Source: an uncultured Acidobacteriota bacterium (GTDB taxonomy: Bacteria > Acidobacteriota > UBA6911). Taken from it: a stretch of DNA of 64,000 bases. The notes under the pieces were generated by a model. The model ran no database searches. It was given only the letters and a program-made list of their open reading frames with translations, and was not told the origin of the DNA. The position numbers and the translations under genes are program-made. Numbering within the stretch: position 1 is the first letter of the stretch; the number at the start of each line of letters is the position of its first letter. The stretch covers positions 178,346-242,345 of the forward strand of contig CAWHCF010000008.1 in the NCBI GenBank assembly GCA_963827655.1, in the 5' to 3' direction. Shown piece after piece: positions 26,325 through 35,020 of this stretch.

Positions 26325-26867
26325 TCAGGGCTTTTCCAGCCGTTGAGCTTCCCGGAAGCACTCGATGGCTTTATCCATCTGGTTAAGGTTCTTGTACAGA
26401 TAGCCTTTTTCTTTCCAAATGGTTGCGCGGCTTGACGTTGTCTTGAATGCCTTCTGGTTGTTTTCCAGGAGCTGTATGCCCAGGGCGGACTGGTTCTGGA
26501 TGCGAAATTGATCTGAGAAGCGTATGAGTTCTTTCAGCAATACCGGCTCCTCTTCAACGGGCCACTTCATATCAAAGATCTTCGATGCTTCCTGGGCGGC
26601 TTTGGAGAATTCTTTCTTGCTGAGCAGCAGCATGACGATCTCGTGTTGCGCCTCGGCGATGCTGCGCATCTTCTTGAGCGAGGCGGTATCCGCCTGCGTG
26701 GGACGGTGGAAGGAATACGAAGTGAGAATTACGCAGAGAAAGGCCGCGGCGAAAGCGAAGACTCTAAGGTTCGTTCGGGGACTTCGCCCCGAACGAAAGG
26801 CCCCCTTGTGAACGACAACATGTTGGGTTGAAGGTTTCGCTAAGCGCCTAAGCAGCAACGGGATCAT
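26325..26867 (-). CDS. TPR-containing exported/membrane protein
   Basis: Hydrophobic N-terminal segment; C-terminal TPR (WKEKGYLY...AIECFREA); overlaps upstream gene by ATGA. Confidence 0.7.
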   Translation of the reverse strand: MIPLLLRRLAKPSTQHVVVHKGAFRSGRSPRTNLRVFAFAAAFLCVILTSYSFHRPTQADTASLKKMRSIAEAQHEIVMLLLSKKEFSKAAQEASKIFDMKWPVEEEPVLLKELIRFSDQFRIQNQSALGIQLLENNQKAFKTTSSRATIWKEKGYLYKNLNQMDKAIECFREAQRLEKP

Positions 26868-27388
26868 CGGCCGCGCTCTCGGAAGGGGTTGTCGGATGAC
26901 TCCTCATCTGGCGTCCGAACAAACGGGTTATCCGAGGACTTCTGAAATGACGCAGCTTTGGGCGAACGGTCCTCCGACTCGCGCTTTTCGAAATACTCGG
27001 TCATATATTGATGGAACGTATCATCGGGTTGCAGGCTTCGAAGGTACGCCCAGATGCCTAAGGTGAGTAACAGGGTTGCAACGACGGCAGTGGCTGCGGT
27101 GAGCCATCGCTTCGCGTATAGGATCTCGAGGAATCCCGTGGATCTCGGTTCCATTTCCAGGGAGGAAATCTGCACTCGGATGTTATCCCACAACTCAGAC
27201 CGCGGCGTCAGCTCGCGTATATTGTTGGTAATAAGGCTTTCAGCTTCTCTGAGACTAGCGAGCTCTCGATTGCAAGGTTCACAGTGATCGACGTGCAATT
27301 TCACCCTTCGTGCATATCTATTTGAGAGCTCACGGTCCAGATAGGCAGTCAGGTTTTCCATGCATTCTCGGCAGTCCATAAGCACCAC
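26864..27388 (-). CDS. zf-HC2 anti-sigma factor
   Basis: C...AYLDREL...HVDHCEPC (HxxxCxxC) plus one TM helix, downstream of ECF sigma. Confidence 0.88.
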   Translation of the reverse strand: MVLMDCRECMENLTAYLDRELSNRYARRVKLHVDHCEPCNRELASLREAESLITNNIRELTPRSELWDNIRVQISSLEMEPRSTGFLEILYAKRWLTAATAVVATLLLTLGIWAYLRSLQPDDTFHQYMTEYFEKRESEDRSPKAASFQKSSDNPFVRTPDEESSDNPFRERGR

Positions 27389-27402
27389 ACCTTCGTAAAC
27401 GT

Positions 27403-28143
27403 TTACATCTTGAGGTAGCCCTTGACCCGCTTTCGAACTTCAAGTCGGGCCCGATGAATGTCGGTCTTCACGCTCGGGAGACTGCGGCCGACGATCTCAG
27501 CCACTTCCTGGTAACTCATATGACGCATGGCTGACAGGACGAACACTTCCCGATATTTCTCCGGCAGATCCGAAACCACTTCTTGAATCACCTTGTCCAG
27601 TTCCTCTGACTGAAACGCCTCGTCAGGAGTCTTTCTCTCGTCAACAAGTTGTGTCACCAGCTGACCATCCTCATCAAGTGCATCCAGCGAGACGGAGGAC
27701 GGCGGTCGGCTTCGATATCGCTGGTAGACGAAATTGCGCGCAATCCGAAACAACCACGGCTCAAACTTCGCGTTATCTTTAAGCGATCCCAGTTTTTGAT
27801 AAACCGTTACAAAAGTCTCTTGTGTAAGATCCTCCGCTTCTTCGACGGAATTTACCATCCTGTAGATAAAGTTCAAGACCTTGCGAGAAAACTGGTCGTA
27901 TAATTTCTGGTAGTCGCTGGCATCACCTTTCTTCGCGCGTTTGATCCATTGAATCAGGAGTTCAGCATCGACCGCAGCGCTACCAGGAGCCGAGTTCGTG
28001 TTGGTCAAACTGGACTCAAAAAAGCCTGATCCAGGCGGATTCAAAAAGTTGCGGAAAGGTTCAAATAAATTCTTCGTCAACAAAGTTGGAGCCGACATCG
28101 ATAACCTGACTATCTCCAGCGAGTTCTCCCCCATCGGCGTCAT
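27403..28143 (-). CDS. ECF RNA polymerase sigma factor (true start probably near 28008)
   Basis: AEDLTQETF, WLFRIARN, LPEKYREVFVL, SYQEVAEIVG, VKTDIHRAR. Confidence 0.92.
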   Translation of the reverse strand: MTPMGENSLEIVRLSMSAPTLLTKNLFEPFRNFLNPPGSGFFESSLTNTNSAPGSAAVDAELLIQWIKRAKKGDASDYQKLYDQFSRKVLNFIYRMVNSVEEAEDLTQETFVTVYQKLGSLKDNAKFEPWLFRIARNFVYQRYRSRPPSSVSLDALDEDGQLVTQLVDERKTPDEAFQSEELDKVIQEVVSDLPEKYREVFVLSAMRHMSYQEVAEIVGRSLPSVKTDIHRARLEVRKRVKGYLKM

Positions 28144-28454
28144 TCTAATATCACGGCGGTCCCGTAAGCCATGATTTCCGCAGCCCCGTGTGTTACATAG
28201 CTGGTCGAGAAGCGCAGCCCTACTACCGCATTGGCGCCCAGCGACCTGGCTTCCTCGACCATGCGGTCCAGCGCCTGCTCGCGCGACTGGGCGATGACTT
28301 CGGTATACTCAGCGAGCTCGCCACCAACCAGGTTTTTGAGAAAGGCCATCACATCCTTTCCGAGATGCCGGGCGCGAACCGTATTCCCCTTCACGACGCC
28401 CAGCGTTTGAGCAACGCCGCGGCCGCTGACTTGATCGGTGGTGACGATGATCAT
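28140..28454 (-). CDS. YbjQ/UPF0145 family protein
   Basis: LVGGELAEYT, REQALDRM, GANAVVG, AYGTAV. Confidence 0.92.
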   Translation of the reverse strand: MIIVTTDQVSGRGVAQTLGVVKGNTVRARHLGKDVMAFLKNLVGGELAEYTEVIAQSREQALDRMVEEARSLGANAVVGLRFSTSYVTHGAAEIMAYGTAVILE

Positions 28455-28897
28455 CGCTTGATCCTTTCGTACTTGTCCGACTTCGAGATGAACAACCTTT
28501 CCCGAAGCACCGAGATCAGCAGAGTGCAGAACCCTCCCACCAATGCTATGACACCCACCCGGATCAGGATCGGAATATTCCTGCCGAAGATGAATGTCTC
28601 ACCAAGCGTGTAGATGGCATAGGCTAGCAGTATGATCGACCCTATCGAGACCAGGATCCACCCTACCTTTCGCTCCAGGCGGTTGTACACACTCGCCCAG
28701 TATTGGTCCCAGTGCTTGTCCTCCGGGGTTATCACCCTCATGTCGTGGGTAACCTCCTTCAATTTGCGAAATTCTTGAAGCTCGTTGGTGCAATCGCCGC
28801 ACTTCTGAAGATGTCTCTCGACCCGTTGAGCCTCCAGTTCGGTCAGTTCTTCGTCCAGATAGCCCATCAGCAGAGGTTTGAAAGTGTCACAGGACAT
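28451..28897 (-). CDS. zf-HC2 anti-sigma factor with two TM helices
   Basis: GYLDEEL...HLQKCGDC; two hydrophobic segments. Confidence 0.88.
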   Translation of the reverse strand: MSCDTFKPLLMGYLDEELTELEAQRVERHLQKCGDCTNELQEFRKLKEVTHDMRVITPEDKHWDQYWASVYNRLERKVGWILVSIGSIILLAYAIYTLGETFIFGRNIPILIRVGVIALVGGFCTLLISVLRERLFISKSDKYERIKR

Positions 28898-28905
28898 GCG
28901 TCTCT

Positions 28906-29493
28906 CTAGTAGCGAACGCCCATTTTTTCAAGTTCGCGGCGCAAAGCCTGTCGTGCGCCGTACAGTCGCGACATGACGGTTCCGATCGGAACTCCGAGCA
29001 GATTGGCAATCTCCTGGTACGAGAAATCCTGAAAATGCTGAAGGATGATAATCTCTCGGTCCCTCGGCCGCAGGCAGCGCAAGGCCTGGCCGATCTTCTT
29101 CTCGAGATCTCTGCGCACCACGTATTTTTCAGGACTCACGGTTTCGACGGGAATTGGAATCTGACCCTCTTCTTCTTCCATGGCGTCAATTGACCTTTCC
29201 CGCCGCCGTCGAACACGGTTGAGATGGTTCATGCAAAGGTTCTTCAGAATACTATAGAACCACGGGAAGAAGTTCTTGGAGGTATCAAATCGCCGGATGT
29301 GCCTGAAGGCATTGACGAAAGCATCCTGGGAGATATCCATGGCGTCCTCAGGCACTCCAACGTATCCCAGGGCAACATAATAAGCCGGCTTCATATATTT
29401 TTGCACGATTAAGGCGAACGCCTCCCGATCGCCACTTTTGCAGCGTTCGATGGCTGATGCTTCGTCGTTGACTATCATAATCTCCCTGGCCAC
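28906..29493 (-). CDS. ECF RNA polymerase sigma factor
   Basis: DAMDISQDAF, FFPWFYSILKN, SYQEIANLLGVPIGTVMSRLYGAR. Confidence 0.93.
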   Translation of the reverse strand: MAREIMIVNDEASAIERCKSGDREAFALIVQKYMKPAYYVALGYVGVPEDAMDISQDAFVNAFRHIRRFDTSKNFFPWFYSILKNLCMNHLNRVRRRRERSIDAMEEEEGQIPIPVETVSPEKYVVRRDLEKKIGQALRCLRPRDREIIILQHFQDFSYQEIANLLGVPIGTVMSRLYGARQALRRELEKMGVRY

Positions 29494-29501
29494 CGCTCTA
29501 T

Positions 29502-29572
29502 AACGTTCGCCCCGGGAAATTGTTCCGGCTTGGTCCTTCTAAAATGTGGAACTCCTCACAGGTCATATCGTG
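29502..29572. promoter_or_regulatory. Back-to-back ECF-type promoters
   Basis: Minus: GGAAC-N16-CGTT (29526-29502); plus: GGAAC-N16-CGTG (29548-29572). Confidence 0.7.
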
Positions 29573-29609
29573 TAATTGGCTGGAATAATGAGTATCTGGG
29601 TCACCTGAA

Positions 29610-30521
29610 TTGGAGGAATGCATGGACAGTCGTGTTTTGGACAGCCGCTTTAAAACGAGCGTCCTGGCTTTGGTTTTGGCGGCCATCCTGCCTGCCGGGC
29701 TTGAAGCTTCGCCACAGCAGGGCGTTTTTCGTGTAAACCCTTTTATGGCGGGCTCATACCTGGGAATCGAGATGGAGAACGTCACTGCCGACAATATGAG
29801 TTCGTACAAGCTGAGTGCCGAACTGGGCGTTATAGTTCGGACGGTCGAGAAAGGAAGCCCTGCGGAAGCTGCTAACTTACGGGAGAAGGACGTCATAGTG
29901 GAATACGCCGGTATGCCTGTTTTCTCTACGATGCAACTGACGCGTCTGGTACAGGAAACCCCTGAGGGACGCACAGTCAATCTGGTTATCAGCCGCGACG
30001 GCAAGAAGTTGGATCTTAATGTCAAGATGGGCAAAAGGGAAGGACCTCTGAGCCTGGGAGAGAGGCCCGGGTTTGATCATGACCGGAACTGGGGGTTCGG
30101 GGGCCCCGGCGGAAGATCGTTTGGCTTTGAAGTCCCGGAGGGTAGGCTCCCCTTTGGCTTCTCCTTTCCTCCCGGTCGCGACGGAGAAATCATCCGCCCC
30201 GATAGACCGCGTCTCGGAGTAACGCTTCAGTCTCTTACCGATCAAATGGGGGAATACCTGGGCGTCCCCGACAGGAAAGGCGCCCTGGTCACCTCAGTTG
30301 TGGAAGGGTCCGCCGCCGCCGCGGCTAACATCAAAGCTGGCGACGTCATCGTAAGAGCAGGAGAAAGGGTCATCGCGGATCCGGATGATCTGTTGCGTGC
30401 GATTCGACAGAAAGATCAAGGTGAAAAGCTCGAACTCAAGGCGATTCGGGACAAGAAAGAAATCTCCCTGACCGTCGAGCTGCCAAAAGACGGAAAGAAG
30501 CCGGGCGGTTTCAGCCTGTAG
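29610..30521 (+). CDS. Secreted tandem-PDZ protein without protease domain
   Basis: Signal peptide; two PDZ domains (YLGIEM...GSPAEAANL; RLGVTL...AANIKAGDVI). Confidence 0.85.
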   Translation: MEECMDSRVLDSRFKTSVLALVLAAILPAGLEASPQQGVFRVNPFMAGSYLGIEMENVTADNMSSYKLSAELGVIVRTVEKGSPAEAANLREKDVIVEYAGMPVFSTMQLTRLVQETPEGRTVNLVISRDGKKLDLNVKMGKREGPLSLGERPGFDHDRNWGFGGPGGRSFGFEVPEGRLPFGFSFPPGRDGEIIRPDRPRLGVTLQSLTDQMGEYLGVPDRKGALVTSVVEGSAAAAANIKAGDVIVRAGERVIADPDDLLRAIRQKDQGEKLELKAIRDKKEISLTVELPKDGKKPGGFSL

Positions 30522-30552
30522 TTGGCTTCCAGGCCTTGCCTCTCCTTTACGA

Positions 30553-30607
30553 CTTCGTGTCTTGGTGATGAGCCTTGATTTGAAGGCTCTTTCACCAAGA
30601 CGTGAAG
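30553..30607. repeat. REP-like hairpin (CTTCGTGTCTT family), possible terminator
   Basis: CTTCGTGTCTTGGTGA...TCACCAAGACGTGAAG inverted repeat with inner GAGCCTT/AAGGCTC stem. Confidence 0.6.
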
Positions 30608-30670
30608 ACTAGACTCCACCGCATCCCCATGCCCCCAGCCACGTCGAGAATAGGTTTGATATTTTTCGGC

Positions 30671-30726
30671 TTGACTTTCACCTTTTCATCACCTAAAGTC
30701 CGTGGCTGTAGAAAAGGTGAAAGTCA
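30671..30726 (+). promoter_or_regulatory. lexA promoter with 16 bp inverted-repeat operator
   Basis: TTGACT-17 bp-TAAAGT; TGACTTTCACCTTTTC (30672-30687) and its perfect reverse complement (30711-30726). Confidence 0.7.
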
Positions 30727-31329
30727 TGAAACTAACCAAGCGTCAAAAAGAGATCCTGGATTTCATAGCGGCGTTCATTCAGCGCGAGGGCTACTCTCCG
30801 AGCATGGTGGAAATCGCCAGCCACTTCCGGTTTGCTTCTCTCAACGCGGTTTTCAAGCACCTGGCATCCCTTGAGGCAAGAGGGCACTTGCGCCGCGATG
30901 CAAAACGCGCTCGCTCTATCGAGCTTTCGACTTCAAGAAGCTCCGCGATTCAAGTCTTACCTTTCCTGGGCTACGTTTCCGCCGGCGCCGATCGAGGCGG
31001 TGTCAAACTCAGAGAGTCTGCGGATACCGGATGATCTGGTAGCGGGTCTCGGCCCGCACTATGTCTTGCGGGTTCAAGGTGAGTCGATGATCGATGATCA
31101 CATTGCCGATGGTGACTATGTCATCGTCGAATCCCGCGAGGTGGCGCATAACGGTGAAATGGTGGTAGCTCTCATAGACGGTGAGAACGTCACCCTGAAA
31201 AGATTTTACAAAGAAGGAACCAACGTTCGTCTCCAACCGGCGAACCCTGGTCTTGATCCCCTTGTGGTGGAGGCGAGTCGCGTCAGAATTCAGGGCATTG
31301 TGGCAGCCATCATGCGGAAGTATCGCTGA
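30726..31329 (+). CDS. lexA: LexA repressor (frameshift near 30986, probably sequencing error)
   Basis: LTKRQKEILDFI, GYSPSMVEI, VSAG cleavage site; second frame has VQGESM (Ser) and VTLKRF (Lys). Confidence 0.93.
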
Positions 31330-31345
31330 CCAAGGAGTGACGACA

Positions 31346-31549
31346 ATGAAGCATATGTACCGAGTGACGATTCACGGGCGAACTCTGGAGAACTGCGATG
31401 TACGAAAACTCCTGGCTCGCGCCGTACAGGAGAAGAAGAGCATGGAACGGGTTTTGCGGTTTCTTTGCTCACAGAAAAGGCCTCCGCAGGACGACTTCGA
31501 CACATATGAGCTCGAGTTGGATTTGCCCATTTCGAGGTCTGGAGGTTAG
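31346..31549 (+). CDS. Small hypothetical protein in lexA operon (67 aa)
   Basis: AAGGAG RBS, ATG 31346, 16 bp after lexA and 8 bp before the next gene. Confidence 0.65.
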   Translation: MKHMYRVTIHGRTLENCDVRKLLARAVQEKKSMERVLRFLCSQKRPPQDDFDTYELELDLPISRSGG

Positions 31550-31557
31550 GAGACACG

Positions 31558-32352
31558 ATGCATGCCTCAAGATCGAGTTGGCGCTCTGTTCCGGCGCTCG
31601 TTTCACAAACGGGCTGCGCCAACTGCCATGGAACAGGATGGGAACTCTTCGACGTGGCAGGGAAATCGCAAGCGCGAAGATGTTCCTGTTTTGTCTTCGA
31701 TCGTATGCTCAAACTGAAAGAGCAAGTTTACATTCCTCATCAGTACCAACACTGCAACTTCGGCAACTTTCGTCCGGGAACCTCTTCGCAGTTTCGTGCT
31801 CTAGCAGAAGCTCGCCGATTCGCTGAGCGATTCCCACTGGTGTCGCGGGGACTCTTCCTTACTGGAGAGCCGATGAGTGGCAAGACCCACCTGGCCGTCG
31901 CTATCCTGCGCGAGCTTTTCCACAGGTTTCAAGACGATATCTTGTTCTCGAGCTTTGACGATCTCGTGTCCTTTTACAGCTCCGCTCGGCGCAGGCAGGA
32001 ACAGAGGACTCATTGGGAACGTCTGAAAGGCGTTTCCCTTCTGGTCTTGGATGGTTTTGGTTTGTCGCGTTGCTCCGGCGAGGCGGTCGAATTGACTCAA
32101 GAACTCATTCACGCCAGGGCAGGCATCAAACGGAAGACGATTTACACGGGCGGAAGCGTTCATTGTCAAGCGCTGTTCGGTCAGAAGCGAAGTGAAAGCA
32201 GCCGTTTTTCAGAGACACAGGAGCTGCTTGCGTCACTTCCAACTCACACGTCGATGTGCCTCTTCACAGAGGTGCGCACTCTCAAAGTCCAGGGAGATCC
32301 GGGAGTCAATGAATCAAGGAGAAAAAAACTCTTTGTGATGCCTGGATTCTGA
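31558..32352 (+). CDS. DnaC/IstB-like AAA+ ATPase with N-terminal Zn motif
   Basis: CANCHGTGW...RCSC, IPxxY, GEPMSGKTHLA (Walker A), LLVLDGFG (atypical Walker B). Confidence 0.8.
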   Translation: MHASRSSWRSVPALVSQTGCANCHGTGWELFDVAGKSQARRCSCFVFDRMLKLKEQVYIPHQYQHCNFGNFRPGTSSQFRALAEARRFAERFPLVSRGLFLTGEPMSGKTHLAVAILRELFHRFQDDILFSSFDDLVSFYSSARRRQEQRTHWERLKGVSLLVLDGFGLSRCSGEAVELTQELIHARAGIKRKTIYTGGSVHCQALFGQKRSESSRFSETQELLASLPTHTSMCLFTEVRTLKVQGDPGVNESRRKKLFVMPGF

Positions 32353-32760
32353 CGCTGGGACATTGCGGCGCGGCAGGGGTTTGCCTCGTTTGCACATAGT
32401 TTAAGCAAACAGGTAACATCATTTTTGGAATCAAGCAATTGCCCCTGTCTAAAAATCGATTTCCACGTACTTTTCCACAGAACTTGTGAAAATCTCTTGA
32501 GCATCCCCCGAGGTAATTTCAAGTCTCTCTCGCTGAACGGGTTCCGCCTTGGAAAGAAAGCTGCGAAACTTTGCTTCGTCAGTGTCCATCCGGTATTGTT
32601 GTTTCGGCAATAGGCCTTGGTTTCTTTGCTCGTGACTTGCGCCGTTAACTTCGGTTTCGCCGCACTCACCACTGGGACAGCGAAGACGCGAAGAAGAACG
32701 ACAAAGGCGATCGCCAAGTTTTCCAAACGGACCTTTGGCTTGTGAGAGGACAAGGACGTC

Positions 32761-33381
32761 ATGCTTAAGCTCTTTACGAAGACAGAAGAGAAGTTCTTCG
32801 GAATCTTCAACCAGATGGTGGTTCACATTTCAGAAGCCGTCGAGATTCTGCTAAGGATGGTAAGTGAGCCGGCGGGAGAAATGCAGGCCCTGGCTGTCAG
32901 AATCAAGGATCTGGAACACAAGGGCGATGACTTAACCCATCGTGTCATCGATGAATTGAATAAGACGTTCATCACGCCGATCGATCGAGAGGACATTCAT
33001 GATCTTTCTATCGCCCTCGACGATGTTCTGGATCTCATCGACGCCACTGCCGCCAGAATCGTGCTCTTTCAGATCCACGAAAGTATTCCGTCGGCCCCGG
33101 AAATGTCGAAAGTTCTACTCAGCCAGGTGAAAGAAATCTCGGCCGCCGTGAAGAAACTGCAAGACAACGATCACGTTGTGGAGCGATGTATCGAAATCAA
33201 CCGGCTGGAGAATGATGCCGACCGCTTGTTCCAGACCGCCATAGCTCGGCTGTTCAACGAGGCCAAGGATCCGATTGACGTGATCAAAAAGAAGGAGATT
33301 ATTGAAACTCTTGAACGAGCCACGGACAAAGCGGAGGACGTCGCTAATGTGCTCCAGACGATCGTTGTGAAGAATGCCTAG
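32761..33381 (+). CDS. DUF47/PhoU-like phosphate transport regulator
   Basis: LEHKGD, TFITPIDREDI, LENDAD, LERATDKAEDVAN, VVKNA. Confidence 0.92.
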   Translation: MLKLFTKTEEKFFGIFNQMVVHISEAVEILLRMVSEPAGEMQALAVRIKDLEHKGDDLTHRVIDELNKTFITPIDREDIHDLSIALDDVLDLIDATAARIVLFQIHESIPSAPEMSKVLLSQVKEISAAVKKLQDNDHVVERCIEINRLENDADRLFQTAIARLFNEAKDPIDVIKKKEIIETLERATDKAEDVANVLQTIVVKNA

Positions 33382-33451
33382 CACAGGTTGTCCTGGCATT
33401 TGGGCTTGGCACCGTGGTCGGGAGAGGTTTCGAGGAAGTAAGGAATCGGGT

Positions 33452-34456
33452 TCAGGGCGCAGCTCTGTGTATGGAACCGCGAGCCGCTAGCTCGGCGAGG
33501 CTTTCGCCTATTCCGACGAGAAGGTCCCCATTTTCCACCTGAGCTCGCCAGTTTTCCGGAATCGACTTTGAGCCCGCAAAGGCACCCACAAAGCTTCCAG
33601 TCAGAGCTCCTACCGAGTCGGCCGCGTCACCCGCGTTAACAGCCGACAAAACAGCACTGCTGAACTGCTTCGGATGTTTCAGGAAACAGAATATCGCTGC
33701 CGGTATCGCTTCTATGGCATCCGCGCTGGTACCAACCTCAAAGAGAGCTTCCTCTGATGAAAGGTGTGTGATCTGCGTAACCCAGCGCAGCACTCCAGCC
33801 GTGTCCGGATCGACTGAAGCGACCCGGTCTGCCGTTTCGAGGACCTGATCGCCCGGTGAAGAACGGTCGTTGGCCTGGACCAGTCTTGCGACCAGATAAG
33901 CGACCGCGATTGAAGCGGCGCGAGCCCTTGGTTCCGTGTGAGTTATGCTGCAGGCATCCAGCGCCGCCCTGGTGAGAGCCTCGGGACTGTCGTGAAAGTA
34001 CAGGCCTAAAGGGGGCATACGCACGGCCGCGCCACAACCACTGCTGAATACCCCGCTCTTGGTCCAGGCTCGTCCGGTTGAAAGGTGCTTGCATGCTCGG
34101 AGGTTGGCCCGCATCGGCGTGCGATGGGGAAGGGTGTTGAGATACCAGGAGAGGAGAGCGTCCGCCTGCCTGGCAGGATCCATTTTCCGACATTCGATCA
34201 GGCACTCTGCGGTGGCCAGCATCATCTGCGTGTCGTCGGTGTAGCACCCCGACGCGAGAAAGTCGCTGGCGTGTCCCGGATGGGCCTTCACAAAGTCGGA
34301 GACAGGTTTCCCGTAGTAGCGCTTTATTTGGCCTCGCGTAAGAAACTGGGTGGGCATTCCCAGTGCGTCGCCGATGCCGAACCCCAGGATAGCGCCCACG
34401 AAGCGGCTGGTGAATTGTGGGTTGGGCTCTTCTAACATCTTGCTTTCCGAAATCAT
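33452..34456 (-). CDS. ADP-ribosylglycohydrolase family protein (start 34456 or 34438)
   Basis: GDALG, YTDDTQM, GCGAAVR, ITH, GDAADS; extended -10 TGCTATAAT at 34469-34461. Confidence 0.9.
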   Translation of the reverse strand: MISESKMLEEPNPQFTSRFVGAILGFGIGDALGMPTQFLTRGQIKRYYGKPVSDFVKAHPGHASDFLASGCYTDDTQMMLATAECLIECRKMDPARQADALLSWYLNTLPHRTPMRANLRACKHLSTGRAWTKSGVFSSGCGAAVRMPPLGLYFHDSPEALTRAALDACSITHTEPRARAASIAVAYLVARLVQANDRSSPGDQVLETADRVASVDPDTAGVLRWVTQITHLSSEEALFEVGTSADAIEAIPAAIFCFLKHPKQFSSAVLSAVNAGDAADSVGALTGSFVGAFAGSKSIPENWRAQVENGDLLVGIGESLAELAARGSIHRAAP

Positions 34457-34589
34457 CCGGATTATAGCACTTTCGTCACGCACCGATTTTGTATCTATGC
34501 AATGAGTCTCAGCCTGGTTCGTGTACAGTGGTAATGGATACGGTTGCCGGCATTGTTTCGCGATCGGAATCCTGCCAAGGACGGGTGCT

Positions 34590-34795
34590 TGGCTCGCGCG
34601 GGAATAACTCATCTTCCGGCGCGAGAGCCGGTCAATTCCTTGAACCCCGCATTCTGTTACCTGCGCGTAGTCGGGCACCACGGGATCGCGCCCTTCGGGC
34701 TGCGGGCCGCAAGCCTGGTTGCTCGCGCTTCACTTACCTCTCGGGTCCGCATCGACGCTCTCGCCTCGCCGGCTTGGGGCCTGGCCGCAGACACA
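34590..34795 (-). mobile_element. Degenerate inverted copy of the MITE at 56007-56239
   Basis: Colinear similarity to the reverse complement of the MITE, e.g. GGCTCGCGC..AATAACT, GGCGCGA.AGCCGG, GGATCGCGCCCTTCGGGCTGCGG, CGCATCG.CGCTC.CGCCTCGCC. Confidence 0.7.
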
Positions 34796-35020
34796 ACGGG
34801 GCCGTGATGCCCGCCTGCGATGCCTTGCACATCGCTAAAACGGCGGATCGGCATGGCTGGGGAAACGCTTCGCGTCCGAGGAGCTCGACCCGGCTGATGT
34901 CCACCTGCTGGCGGTAACGTCGTGGCGGAAGTGCAGGCACTCGTGCCTGGTGCGTCTTCCGTGTTCAAGGTTGGCGAGAACACCGCCAGACCGGGAGGAG
35001 TTTGATGCGAGGCACAACGA

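Noticed and set aside
30702-31329. Naturally split or pre-cleaved lexA
   Set aside because: A single missing base next to the Ala-Gly site explains it, and similar indels occur across the window
31558-32352. IS21 element or prophage replication module
   Set aside because: No istA, terminal repeats, integrase or phage genes nearby
34560-34690. 6S RNA-like hairpin (contains CCTTGAACC)
   Set aside because: Too short, and most of it aligns with the MITE at 56007-56239
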